Positions 38,863 through 48,136 of a stretch of 64,000 nucleotides of DNA are shown piece by piece. A model generated the notes under the pieces. It saw only the letters and a program-made list of their open reading frames with translations. It had not been told where the DNA came from and did not search any database. Where the stretch lies: positions 32,001 through 96,000 of the forward strand of contig CAWCKH010000003.1 of the NCBI GenBank assembly GCA_963796055.1. Direction: 5' to 3'. The position numbers and the translations under genes were made by a program. Each line of letters begins with the position of its first letter. The stretch's first letter is position 1. The DNA is from an uncultured delta proteobacterium (GTDB lineage: Bacteria > Myxococcota > Myxococcia > Myxococcales > Myxococcaceae).

Positions 38863-39840
38863 CTACTTCTGCCCCTTGCGGGCGGCGACCGCGGGGTCGA
38901 TCTCCTCCTCGCTCCGGGTGGTCACCGTGGCGCCTTCCCAGGTCTCGCCGGGCTTCAGCTTCCAGTCGTCCGGCACCGGCAGCTTCCAGCTGTACTGGGC
39001 GTTGATGTCGCCGCCGGTCGGCGCGTGGGAACGGACCGCGACCAGCATCTCCATCTGGCTCACGTTGGCCGGCACCGGGTCGAGCTCGTACTGACCGAGC
39101 ACCGTCTGCGGAGGGAACTCGGCGATGAGCCGCTCGGGGTAGTCGTTGCGCATGCCAGGGTTGCCGGTGCTCATCTCGCCGTAGAGCTTTCCCTTGTCGT
39201 CGAGCAGCCGGAAGGTGGTGGCGAACTCGGCCCAGGTCAGCACCCGCTTCACCCCGGAGCGCTCGTCCTCGCGCGTCTCCCGCTGCGCGCCCCAGAGCAC
39301 GAGGGGGAAGCGGATCTTCGGCTTGTTCCCCACCATCACCACGTCGGCGGAGACCATGTCCAGGCGCAGTCCCTTGTCCGTGCCGGTCAGCACCGGGGCG
39401 TACTTGCCGGTGCGCATCCGGTCGAACATCGCCTTCTCCCACTCCCAGAACGCCTTGCGGTTGACGGGGTTGGCCATCGGCCCGCGCGGGCGCCCATCGG
39501 GCAGCTGCGGCAGCTCGGTCTCGGCGAGGGCCTTGGCCTTGCGGTCGATGTCCTTCAGGTAGTCGTCGTAGGCGGGGTTTCCGCCGAACTTCGCCTGCTG
39601 CGCCGAGACCTGCTCGAAGTACCAGCGCAAGTAGCCCTTGACGTCGTTCCGGTACGCGTCGGCGTCCGGGTTGCTGCGGATCCACCCCACCCGCTCCAGC
39701 GCCTCCGTTCGCAGCCGGAGCGCGGCGATCTCCTTCGCCGCCCGGGCCTGCGCTTCGGTGGCGCGCTGGTACCCCACCACCCCGGCCGCGCTGAAGCCGA
39801 GGATCACCACCAGGAGGACGATGGCCAGATTTCGGTTCAT
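38863..39840 (-). CDS. Hypothetical protein with N-terminal membrane anchor or signal
   Basis: MNRNLAIVLLVVILGFSAAGVVGY; 325 aa; strong GC3 bias; ATGA overlap with the DUF692 gene. Confidence 0.85.
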   Translation of the reverse strand: MNRNLAIVLLVVILGFSAAGVVGYQRATEAQARAAKEIAALRLRTEALERVGWIRSNPDADAYRNDVKGYLRWYFEQVSAQQAKFGGNPAYDDYLKDIDRKAKALAETELPQLPDGRPRGPMANPVNRKAFWEWEKAMFDRMRTGKYAPVLTGTDKGLRLDMVSADVVMVGNKPKIRFPLVLWGAQRETREDERSGVKRVLTWAEFATTFRLLDDKGKLYGEMSTGNPGMRNDYPERLIAEFPPQTVLGQYELDPVPANVSQMEMLVAVRSHAPTGGDINAQYSWKLPVPDDWKLKPGETWEGATVTTRSEEEIDPAVAARKGQK

Positions 39841-41363
39841 GACGACCGGGAAGTCTCGCCCGGTGCCACGGTCGGGTCCAGCCCACGCTCTCCCACCTCC
39901 AGCCGGCCCCGGTTCCACCGCGCGTGCACCCGCCAGGGACGTGTGGGAGCACGGCGGACCGCCTGCGCCAGCCCCTCCATCGCGCCCTCGGGGAGCACCC
40001 CCTCGCCCAGGGCCCGCGCCGCGAGGTGCCGCCGCAGCGCCTGGAGCGCGAAGAGCGCCTCGCCGAGGTCGGCCGCGAAGACGCCGCCCCGTCCTCCGGG
40101 CCCACGCGCGAGGCCGCGGGCCCAGGCGTCGAAGGCGAGCGCCATCGCCTGCTCGGGCGCGCCGCTGGCGTGCGCCTCGGCCCGCCCCCACGCCGACCAC
40201 GCGGCGTCGAGCGGCTGTCCGGCGGCGAACGCCGCGCGGAAGGCATCGGAGGCGACGAATCGCTCCAGCGCCGCCCGCGACGGGGCGAGGATGGGCCGCG
40301 ACAGCGGCCAGCGCGCATCGAGGGCCTCGGCAGTGACCGCGAGGCGCAGGCCCTGCTCGGCCCGAACACCCTCGGCATCCTCCATCGGCGGCAACCGCCC
40401 GTGCACCACGTCGAACCCGCGCCAGGCCGTGGGCGCGGCCTCCACCGGGAGCCCCGGGGCGGCCGAGCGGGGCGGCGGCACCGCCAGCGGAGCGCGCTCG
40501 GCCACGGGCTCGAGCATCGTGCGGAGCGTGGCCAGGGTCCGACGGGCGACCCCCGCCGGGTGCCCATCGCCCTCGAACACCAGCGCCCGCAGCGCGCGGC
40601 AGCGGGGGAGCACCTCGGCGAGGAGCCCCAGGACCTCGCTCCGGAGCGGCTGAGCGTGGTCGTCCATGTACACCCCCCTGCCCTCGGGGGTTCGGGTGAT
40701 GACCCCGCCGGCCACGTGGACCTCGATGACCGCCTCGAACGGGAAACCGTCCAGCCCGGTCTCCAGCGGCAGCCCGGACGCAAGCTGCGCGGCGACCAGG
40801 TGGCCCACGTCGAGCACCAGAGGGCAACCGGTGCGGGCGTGGAGCTGGCCCATGAAGTCCAGCACGTGCAGCGAACCTTGCCGGCGCACCACCACCGGGT
40901 TCTCGAGCGCGAGCGGGACCGAGAGCGCTTCCGCCACGTGGAGCGCATGCGCCGCCGCGACGTCGAGGCCGGCGCCGCTGAAGGCAGGCGGGAGGTACAG
41001 GTAGCCGGGGAGCGCCGTGCCGTGGACGTGCCACCAGGCGACGTCGTTCCCCACCCAGGGCGTGCCGACGGCGCGGGCGTGCGCATCGAGCGCAGCGAGC
41101 CGGTCCGGCGCCTCGAGCTCGGGCCCGGCGAGGTTCAGGTGCACGGGGTGGAAGAGCGCCGGCAGACGCTCACGAGCGGCCCACAGCGCCCCGAACAGGC
41201 CCGCGTCCCGGCGGGCCTCCTGGAGCGAGAGCGGCGCGCTGTACTCCACCAGGTCGAGCAGCCCCGGGTCGGCCGCGTGGAGCGCCCAGGGGTCGGGCTC
41301 CACCGCCGGGTCCAGGTTGCTGGACAGGCCGAGCCCGAGGAACGGCAGCGCACGTGTCTCCAC
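39837..41363 (-). CDS. DUF692 / MNIO (MbnB-TglH-ChrH family) enzyme with C-terminal extension
   Basis: LGLGL, FHPVHLNL, LALENP, LVLDVGH, EVHVAGG, YMDDH, VFEGD in DUF692 TIM-barrel order; 508 aa. Confidence 0.82.
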   Translation of the reverse strand: METRALPFLGLGLSSNLDPAVEPDPWALHAADPGLLDLVEYSAPLSLQEARRDAGLFGALWAARERLPALFHPVHLNLAGPELEAPDRLAALDAHARAVGTPWVGNDVAWWHVHGTALPGYLYLPPAFSGAGLDVAAAHALHVAEALSVPLALENPVVVRRQGSLHVLDFMGQLHARTGCPLVLDVGHLVAAQLASGLPLETGLDGFPFEAVIEVHVAGGVITRTPEGRGVYMDDHAQPLRSEVLGLLAEVLPRCRALRALVFEGDGHPAGVARRTLATLRTMLEPVAERAPLAVPPPRSAAPGLPVEAAPTAWRGFDVVHGRLPPMEDAEGVRAEQGLRLAVTAEALDARWPLSRPILAPSRAALERFVASDAFRAAFAAGQPLDAAWSAWGRAEAHASGAPEQAMALAFDAWARGLARGPGGRGGVFAADLGEALFALQALRRHLAARALGEGVLPEGAMEGLAQAVRRAPTRPWRVHARWNRGRLEVGERGLDPTVAPGETSRSS

Positions 41364-41374
41364 GGCCCGGGAGC

Positions 41375-42625
41375 CTACTCGCTGCGCATCGCCTCCACCG
41401 GGTCCAGTGCCGCGGCCCGGGCCGCCGGGTAGATGCCGAACACCAGCCCCACCCCGCTGCTCATCGCCAGAGCCAGGGCGATGGCCCAGAGCGGCACGCT
41501 CATCGGGAAACCGAAGGCCCAGCGTCCCAGCGCGGTGAGCGACAGCCCGAGCAGCAAGCCCAGCATCCCCCCGAACAGCGAGAGCGTCACCGCCTCCAGC
41601 GCGAACTGCCCGAGGATGCGGCGCCGCTTCGCCCCCAGCGCCTTCCGGATGCCGATCTCCCGCGTCCGCTCGGTCACGCTCACCAGCATGATGTTGAGAA
41701 TCCCGATGCCTCCCACCACCAGCGACAGCAGGCAGATCCCGAAGCTCGCGGCGGTGATGACGTTGCTCAGGTTGTTGAAGGTGCGGGTCATCGACTCGTT
41801 GGTGTCGATCTCGAAGTTGTTCGGCGCCCCCGGCTTCACGTTCCGCTTCATCCGGAGCAGCGCGGTGACCTCGTCCTGGGCCCGCTGCAGCTGGGTGGGA
41901 TCGGCCGCCTGGACGTTCACCCGCATGCTGCGGTTGCGACCGAAGATGTCCAGCGCGTTGGGGAGGGGCAGGATCAGCATGCTGTCGGCGTTGAAAACCC
42001 CGAACATCTTCCCCCGCTTCTCCAGCACGCCCACCACCCGGAAGATGCGACCCCGGACCCGGATCTCCCTCCCCAGCGGGTCCTGGCCGGGAAAGAGTCG
42101 GTCGGCCACGTCGAGCCCGAGCACTGCCACCGGCCTCGCCTCCTCCACCTCGTTGGCGGAGAAGAAACGCCCGGTGGAGACCGCACGACCGCTGGTGTCG
42201 ATCCACTCTGCGGTGGAGCCGATCACGATGATGTTGGGAAGCGTCTCTGCCAGCGCACTGGAGATCTTGTTCGGTCCGAGCCAGGTGTGCGCCGAGGCGA
42301 GGACCACCGACGGACAGCCCTCGCGGACCGCGTTCAGCTCCCGAAGACCCACGTTGGGCCGGCGCTGGAATCGCCGCCAGTCGATCCGGCCGAAGTTGAT
42401 GCCCCCGGGCCACTTGGAGATGGTGAAGACGTTGGCCCCGAGCTGCGAGAGGTCGGCGGTCACCTTCGTCCGTAGCCCCTCGACCAGGGCCATCATGGTC
42501 ACCACCGTCGTCACCCCGATGACCACCCCGAGCAGGGTGAGCAGGGACCGGAGCGGGTTCGCCGCCAGGGTCCCCACTGCCAGACGGAGGTTGTCCAGGA
42601 AGGCGATGAACCGCGGCGTCTTCAT
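41375..42625 (-). CDS. MacB/FtsX-type ABC transporter permease
   Basis: RSLLTLLGVVIGV, GRFF, VGGIGILNIMLVSVTERTREIGIRKALGA, PAARAAALDPVEAMRSE. Confidence 0.95.
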   Translation of the reverse strand: MKTPRFIAFLDNLRLAVGTLAANPLRSLLTLLGVVIGVTTVVTMMALVEGLRTKVTADLSQLGANVFTISKWPGGINFGRIDWRRFQRRPNVGLRELNAVREGCPSVVLASAHTWLGPNKISSALAETLPNIIVIGSTAEWIDTSGRAVSTGRFFSANEVEEARPVAVLGLDVADRLFPGQDPLGREIRVRGRIFRVVGVLEKRGKMFGVFNADSMLILPLPNALDIFGRNRSMRVNVQAADPTQLQRAQDEVTALLRMKRNVKPGAPNNFEIDTNESMTRTFNNLSNVITAASFGICLLSLVVGGIGILNIMLVSVTERTREIGIRKALGAKRRRILGQFALEAVTLSLFGGMLGLLLGLSLTALGRWAFGFPMSVPLWAIALALAMSSGVGLVFGIYPAARAAALDPVEAMRSE

Positions 42626-43848
42626 TCGTACCGGAGAGCTTCCACCGGATCGAGCTGGGCGGCACGTACCGCCGGCCAGATGCCGAAGATGAGCCCCACC
42701 AGCGCCGCGAACCCCACGCCGCCCGCCACGGTCAGCGGCTGCACCGCCGCGGCCAGGGTGGTCACCGCGGAGACGAGCTTGGCCAGCCCGAGGCCGACCA
42801 CGGTCCCGATGACCCCTCCCACCGCCGAGACCAGCGAGGCCTCGAGGAGGAACTGGACGATCACCGTACGCCGGCGGGCCCCGAGCGCGCGGCGCAGTCC
42901 GATCTCCCGGGTTCGCTCCCGGACGCTGACCAGCATGATGTTCATGATCCCGATGCCGCCGACCAGAAGGGTGATCAGTCCCACCCCCAGGGCCACTCCA
43001 TAGAGCGCGCTGGTGAGCTTCTGGTAGGTGTCGGCCAGCTGCTGGGTCCGGTTGATGCTGAAGTCGTCGGGCGCGCCCGGCGGGACGCTCCGGACTCGGC
43101 GGAGGATGCCGGTGACCTCGTCCTCCGCTCGATCGAGGAGCTCCGGGTCGTCCACCGCGACGTCGATCTGGAACTCGCGCTTGCCGTAGACCGAGAGGAA
43201 GGTCTTGAAGGGCACCAGGGCGACCAGGTCCATGCTCTGGCCGAGGAGCTGTCCCTTCTTGGCGAGGACGCCGATCACCCGCCAGGGGCGGCTCTCCAGC
43301 CGCACCGTGCCCCCCACTGCGCTCCGTCCGGGGAAGAGCTGCTCGGCGACCTCGGATCCCAGCACCATCACCCGCTGCTCGGCGTCGCTGTCCGCGTCGG
43401 TGAGGAACCGGCCCTGCGGGACCTCGTAACCCCAGATCTTCTGGAAGTCGGCCAGGGTGCCGATCACGTCGACCTGGCTGACGCTCTGGTCGCCGGCGGT
43501 CAAATCCTTCGTGTCCTCGTTGAGCTCCGGGACCACCGCGCTCGCCAGCCGCGACTGGAGCGCCAGCGCCTGCATCTGGGCGAGGGTGATCTCCTTCCGG
43601 TTCCGGTACCGCCACCAGTCGCCCGCCACCACCCAGGGATGGCGGGCCACGTTCAGCGTCGCCGTGCCCAGCGACGAGAGCTGACGGGCGAAGGCTCCGT
43701 TCAGGCCCTGGATGATGCCCAGGATGGCCAGCAGCGTGGCCACGCCGATGCCCACCGCGCTGAGGGTGAGCGTCGTCCGGAGCCGGTTGACCCCCAGGGT
43801 GCGCAGGGCGATCCGCCCGCCCTCGACGAGATCGACCCGGAGGCTCAC
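42622..43848 (-). CDS. MacB/FtsX-type ABC transporter permease
   Basis: [46 protein letters not shown]. Confidence 0.95.
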   Translation of the reverse strand: MSLRVDLVEGGRIALRTLGVNRLRTTLTLSAVGIGVATLLAILGIIQGLNGAFARQLSSLGTATLNVARHPWVVAGDWWRYRNRKEITLAQMQALALQSRLASAVVPELNEDTKDLTAGDQSVSQVDVIGTLADFQKIWGYEVPQGRFLTDADSDAEQRVMVLGSEVAEQLFPGRSAVGGTVRLESRPWRVIGVLAKKGQLLGQSMDLVALVPFKTFLSVYGKREFQIDVAVDDPELLDRAEDEVTGILRRVRSVPPGAPDDFSINRTQQLADTYQKLTSALYGVALGVGLITLLVGGIGIMNIMLVSVRERTREIGLRRALGARRRTVIVQFLLEASLVSAVGGVIGTVVGLGLAKLVSAVTTLAAAVQPLTVAGGVGFAALVGLIFGIWPAVRAAQLDPVEALRYE

Positions 43849-44585
43849 GTGGCCGCGGCGCGCGCCCTCTCCGCTCGACCCTCCAGGGCCACCTCGGGCC
43901 CGGGTCCGTCGTTCACGATGAGCCCGTCGCTGATGCGGATGGCCCGCGGGCACCGCGCAGCCAGGGTGGCCTCGTGGGTGACCAGGCACAGGGTGTGGCC
44001 CGCCCGGTGGAGCTGCTCGAAGAGCCCGAAGATCTCCTGCCCGGTCGCCGAGTCGAGGTTGCCGGTGGGCTCGTCGGCCAGCAGGAGCGACGGCTCGGTC
44101 ACCAGCGCCCGGGCGATGGCCACCCGCTGCCGCTGGCCGCCGGACAGCTCGTTGGGCCGGTGGGTCACCCGGTTCGACAGGCCCACCTGGTCCAGCGCCG
44201 CCCGCGCCCGTTCGCGACGCTCCCTGGACCCGAGCCCACGGTAGATGAGCGGCAGCTCCACGTTGCCGAGGGCGCTCTCGCGCGGCAGCAGCTGGAAGGT
44301 CTGGAAGATGAAGCCGATCTCACGATTTCGGATGTCGGCCAGCTCGTTGTCGGACATGTGGCTCACGTCCTTGCCGTTGAGCCAGTACCGACCCGCGGTC
44401 GGGGTGTCCAGGCAGCCCAGGACGTTCATCAGGGTGCTCTTGCCCGAGCCGGACTGCCCGATGATCGCCACCCACTCGCCCTTCGACACCTGGAACGAGA
44501 CGCCGTTGAGCGCGTGCACCACCTCGGTGCCCACGTTGTAGTAGCGGCGGATGTCCTCGAGCCGGATGAGCATCTGCCTACCCAC
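43845..44585 (-). CDS. ABC transporter ATP-binding protein (LolD/MacB type)
   Basis: [38 protein letters not shown]. Alternative start ATG 44573. Confidence 0.96.
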   Translation of the reverse strand: MGRQMLIRLEDIRRYYNVGTEVVHALNGVSFQVSKGEWVAIIGQSGSGKSTLMNVLGCLDTPTAGRYWLNGKDVSHMSDNELADIRNREIGFIFQTFQLLPRESALGNVELPLIYRGLGSRERRERARAALDQVGLSNRVTHRPNELSGGQRQRVAIARALVTEPSLLLADEPTGNLDSATGQEIFGLFEQLHRAGHTLCLVTHEATLAARCPRAIRISDGLIVNDGPGPEVALEGRAERARAAAT

Positions 44586-45858
44586 GGACGGCGGTCTTGG
44601 TCCCCGGGGGCTCGGCCGGCTTGGGACCCTTGGGTGCGTTCTCCTTGAGCGGATCGCCGTCCTTCAGCTCCTTGCTCACCGTCCGGAACGGCCCCTCCAC
44701 CACCCGCTCGCCCTCCTTCAGCCCATCGAGCACCTCGAGGTCGGTGTCGGAGGCGATGCCGGTGCGCACCCGGCGAGCCCGGGCCTTGTTCTCGGCGTCG
44801 ACCACGAAGACGATCTTGGCCAGGGTCTCGCTGCGCCTCCTGGCGGCCAGCGAGGTCTCGCCCGGCGGCTGGGAGTCCGGCAGCGACTTGTCCGGGCGCA
44901 CGGTGACCGCCTGGATGGGGACGATGATGGCGTTGTCGTGGGTCTCGGCGGTGATGCGGACCTCGGAGCTCATCCCCGGGAGCACGCCCGGAGGCCGGGT
45001 CTCCAGCGCCACCTTCACCGGGAAGGTGGTGACCTCCGACTCGGTTCCCGGGTTCTTGATGGTGGCCTTCTGGGCGATCTCCACCACCGAGCCCTCGAAG
45101 CTCTGACCCTCGAGCGCATCCACCGACAGCTCGGCGTGCTGGCCGTTGCGGAGGTGCACCACCTCGTGCTCGCCGACCTCGATCTTCACCTCCATGCTGC
45201 TGAGCGCGGCCACCGTCATCACCGTGTCCTCCGAGAAGTCGGAGCCGCGAACCCGCTCGCCGATCTCCCGGGTGAGCTCGATGATCGTCCCGTCGATGGG
45301 CGAGGCCAGGGTCGTCCGGTTGAGGTTGGTCTGGGCCTGCTCGAGCACCGCGACCTGCCCGGCGTACTTCTGCTGGGCGGAGCTGAGGCGCGCAACGGCG
45401 CTGTCGTAATCGGCCTTCGCCTTGTCCACCTCGGCGCTGGAGGCCATCCCCCGTTTGGCCAGCCCCTGCACCCGCTCCAGCTCGAGCCGGGTCCGGTCCA
45501 CCTCCACCTGCGCCGTGGAGATGTCCGCCCTGGCCCCGCTCATGGCGGCCTGGGCCTGCTTCGCCGCGCCCACGAACGGCTTCGGGTCGATGCGCCCCAG
45601 CGTCTGGCCCTTCTTCACCTTGTCTCCCAGCTCCACCGGCCGCTCGACCAGGTCACCGGAGAGGTTCGAGGAAATCTTCACCGTGGTGGAGGCCTCCACC
45701 TTCCCCGCGCCGATGATCACCCGGCTGATGGTGCCCTTCTTCACCTTGGCGACCTGGACCTCGGTCGACGGAGGCGGCCTGTCCCGGAATCCGGCGATGG
45801 TGATCCCCACCACAGCGAGCAGCAGCAGTCCCGCGATCAACCCCTTCCACCACTTCAT
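44578..45858 (-). CDS. Periplasmic adaptor / membrane fusion protein (MacA-like)
   Basis: N-terminal [12 protein letters not shown], helical hairpin, [21 protein letters not shown]. Confidence 0.93.
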   Translation of the reverse strand: MKWWKGLIAGLLLLAVVGITIAGFRDRPPPSTEVQVAKVKKGTISRVIIGAGKVEASTTVKISSNLSGDLVERPVELGDKVKKGQTLGRIDPKPFVGAAKQAQAAMSGARADISTAQVEVDRTRLELERVQGLAKRGMASSAEVDKAKADYDSAVARLSSAQQKYAGQVAVLEQAQTNLNRTTLASPIDGTIIELTREIGERVRGSDFSEDTVMTVAALSSMEVKIEVGEHEVVHLRNGQHAELSVDALEGQSFEGSVVEIAQKATIKNPGTESEVTTFPVKVALETRPPGVLPGMSSEVRITAETHDNAIIVPIQAVTVRPDKSLPDSQPPGETSLAARRRSETLAKIVFVVDAENKARARRVRTGIASDTDLEVLDGLKEGERVVEGPFRTVSKELKDGDPLKENAPKGPKPAEPPGTKTAVRG

Positions 45859-47213
45859 GGCGTCGCTCCGTTGCCGAGGGTCCCCATCGCCTTCTCCAGA
45901 CCCGCGCGCGCCACCTCGGCGTCGGACCGGGTCTGGATCAGGGTCTGATATGCCTGTGCGAGCTTCAGCTGGGCGTCGCGCACCTCGAGGGTGGACGAGG
46001 CGCCGGCCTTGAAGCGCTCCTGTGCGTAGTCGAGGTTCTGGGTGGCGGTGACGCGGTTCTGCTGGGCGACCTCGAGAGCCTTGAGCTGGGCTCCGAGCGA
46101 GTCCAGCGCCACCTTGACCTGCCCCTCCACGTCCCGCTCGTTCTGGGCGAGGTTGAGCTTGGCCTGGGCGAGCTGGGCCCGGGCCTGCTTGGTCTGGGCG
46201 TCGGTCTGGAAACCGTTGAAGAGGTCCCAGTTGAGGGTGATGGCGCCACTGACCGCGCTCTGCTTGCCGAACTCGGTGTAGACGGTGTCCGCCTCGGGGC
46301 CGGAGCGCAGCCACTGGAGCTGGAAGTTGATCCGCGGTGCCCACCCCGCTGCCTGGGACGTCTCGAAGGACTTGGCCGCCTTCACCTGCTCGCCCCACTG
46401 CACCAGGACCGGGCGATTGACCCGGGCGAGGTCCAGCCCCTGCTGGAGGGTGACCGGGGGCGGTGGGGGGGTGTCGGGCAGCGACGGGTCCGCCGCATCG
46501 AGCTCCTCTCCCTCCGGACGCCCAAGCCAGGCGGCCAGGTCGATCTGCGCCTGCGAGACCACCGCCCGCTGCTTCTCGACGTTGATCCGGTCGGTCCCGA
46601 GGTTGACCGCCGCGGCCAGTGCGTCTCCCTTCGTCCCGCGGCCGGCCTCGAACAGCGCCTGGGCCCGGTCGGCGAACTCCTGGCTCCGCTGGGCAGTGAC
46701 CTGCAGCACCACCAGCTGCTTCTGCGCGGTCCAGAGCACGTAGAAGCGGCGAATCGCCTCGTACTCGGAGGCGAGCACCTGCTCGGCGGCCGTGCCGCGG
46801 GCAGCGGCCTCGAGGTGACCGGACTGGGCGAGGACCTGGAATTTTCCCAGGTCGAAGAGCACCTGGTTCAAGGTCGCGCCGAGCTGGAACCGGTTGTAGG
46901 CGTAGTGCGGAAAGTCGGTCACCGCCTGGCGGTACGTGGGTTGGCCGTTGGCGTCCAGGACCGGAGTGCCCGCCGCGTCCAGAACCACCACCGTGCCGAT
47001 GTCCCGGTAGTCCTGCTGGATGGTCCGGCCGGCCTGCGCATTGAGGGCGATCTGGGGCAAGAGCGCCCCGGTGCTCACCCGCTTCTGCTCGCTGGCGCGC
47101 ACCCGGTCCAGCTCGCTCAGCAGCGCCTGGAGGTTGTTCCGCGACTCCTGGCGGACCTGCTCGAGGGTGATGGGGGTCGCAGCGAGCAGGGCGGAGAGAA
47201 CGAGCGCGTTCAT
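45855..47213 (-). CDS. TolC-family outer membrane efflux protein
   Basis: Short signal peptide; LLPQIAL, LFEAG, WDLFNGF, ERFKAGASSTLEVRDAQ. Confidence 0.9.
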   Translation of the reverse strand: MNALVLSALLAATPITLEQVRQESRNNLQALLSELDRVRASEQKRVSTGALLPQIALNAQAGRTIQQDYRDIGTVVVLDAAGTPVLDANGQPTYRQAVTDFPHYAYNRFQLGATLNQVLFDLGKFQVLAQSGHLEAAARGTAAEQVLASEYEAIRRFYVLWTAQKQLVVLQVTAQRSQEFADRAQALFEAGRGTKGDALAAAVNLGTDRINVEKQRAVVSQAQIDLAAWLGRPEGEELDAADPSLPDTPPPPPVTLQQGLDLARVNRPVLVQWGEQVKAAKSFETSQAAGWAPRINFQLQWLRSGPEADTVYTEFGKQSAVSGAITLNWDLFNGFQTDAQTKQARAQLAQAKLNLAQNERDVEGQVKVALDSLGAQLKALEVAQQNRVTATQNLDYAQERFKAGASSTLEVRDAQLKLAQAYQTLIQTRSDAEVARAGLEKAMGTLGNGATP

Positions 47214-47956
47214 CCCCCACCTCCCGGACCGCCGGGACCGGGCCCGTGGCCAGGACCTCCGCGAGGCATCACACCGGGCAGCCCGACGCCGAAGACGCCG
47301 ACGAAGGCCAGGAAGAGCCCCAGGCCCACCCACAGACCCGCACGCCGCCGCATGCCGGTGGCCGCGGCGAATCCCAGCCCGATGAGCAGCGCGGCGAGCA
47401 GGTGAAACAGGTCCAGCGCATCGAGTAGACGGACCAGCTTCGGTCCCCCGGTGTGGACCCAGGCCCCCACCGAGGAAGGCAGGAGGTGCCGTGCGCGCTC
47501 CTCGGTGATGCCCAGCTGCCAGAGCGCCACCACGCCCCAGAGCGCCCGCTGCAGCGCGACCGGGAGCATCCCCACGGCGGACGCGCTGAACAGTGCAGCG
47601 AACGGCGCCTTCTTTCCCAGGAGCCAGGCGACGAGCGCGAGCACCACGGCGATGCCGAGCACCACCAGCGGGGTGACGAAGACGCCGCTCGCAATGCCGG
47701 TGACGAGCTTCAGCCGCCCGGCGGTGGTGATCTGATCGGTCAGCTCGGCCTCGGGCATCCCCTTGAGCTGCCCGCTCATCTCCAGCTTCTGGAGAATGCC
47801 CGGGGCGGGGTCCCACCGAAGGGCGAACGCGGCGCCGGCGAAGGCGGTGGCTGCCATCAACGCCAGCAGTGGCCACAGGATGCGCCTGCCTTGCACGGCA
47901 GCGGCCACACCATCACCGGGGTCGGTCAGCGTTCGAGGAAGGGTGAGCGCGGTCAT
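47210..47956 (-). CDS. Yip1-domain membrane protein
   Basis: Several hydrophobic helices, LTDP near the N-terminus, LDLFHLL motif; heads the TolC-MFP-ABC operon. Confidence 0.7.
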   Translation of the reverse strand: MTALTLPRTLTDPGDGVAAAVQGRRILWPLLALMAATAFAGAAFALRWDPAPGILQKLEMSGQLKGMPEAELTDQITTAGRLKLVTGIASGVFVTPLVVLGIAVVLALVAWLLGKKAPFAALFSASAVGMLPVALQRALWGVVALWQLGITEERARHLLPSSVGAWVHTGGPKLVRLLDALDLFHLLAALLIGLGFAAATGMRRRAGLWVGLGLFLAFVGVFGVGLPGVMPRGGPGHGPGPGGPGGGG

Positions 47957-48136
47957 CGGGAAGTGCCCTGCTCTACGGCGGCTTCGGGCGGTGATTGCCG
48001 CAGAGTCCCGACAGTGGCGTACCCCCTGCCGTGAACCCAGCGCTTCCTGTCTGTAGCAGTTTATTTGCCGGCTCTCACACCCGGGGGTAGGTGTTCAAGG
48101 ATCCACCGCAATCCGCTCGGGCGGTCCGGGGAGGGC

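Noticed and set aside
47957..48136. CIRCE/HrcA or CtsR operator upstream of the Clp ATPase
   Set aside because: No adequate match to TTAGCACTC-N9-GAGTGCTAA or to the CtsR heptad repeat.
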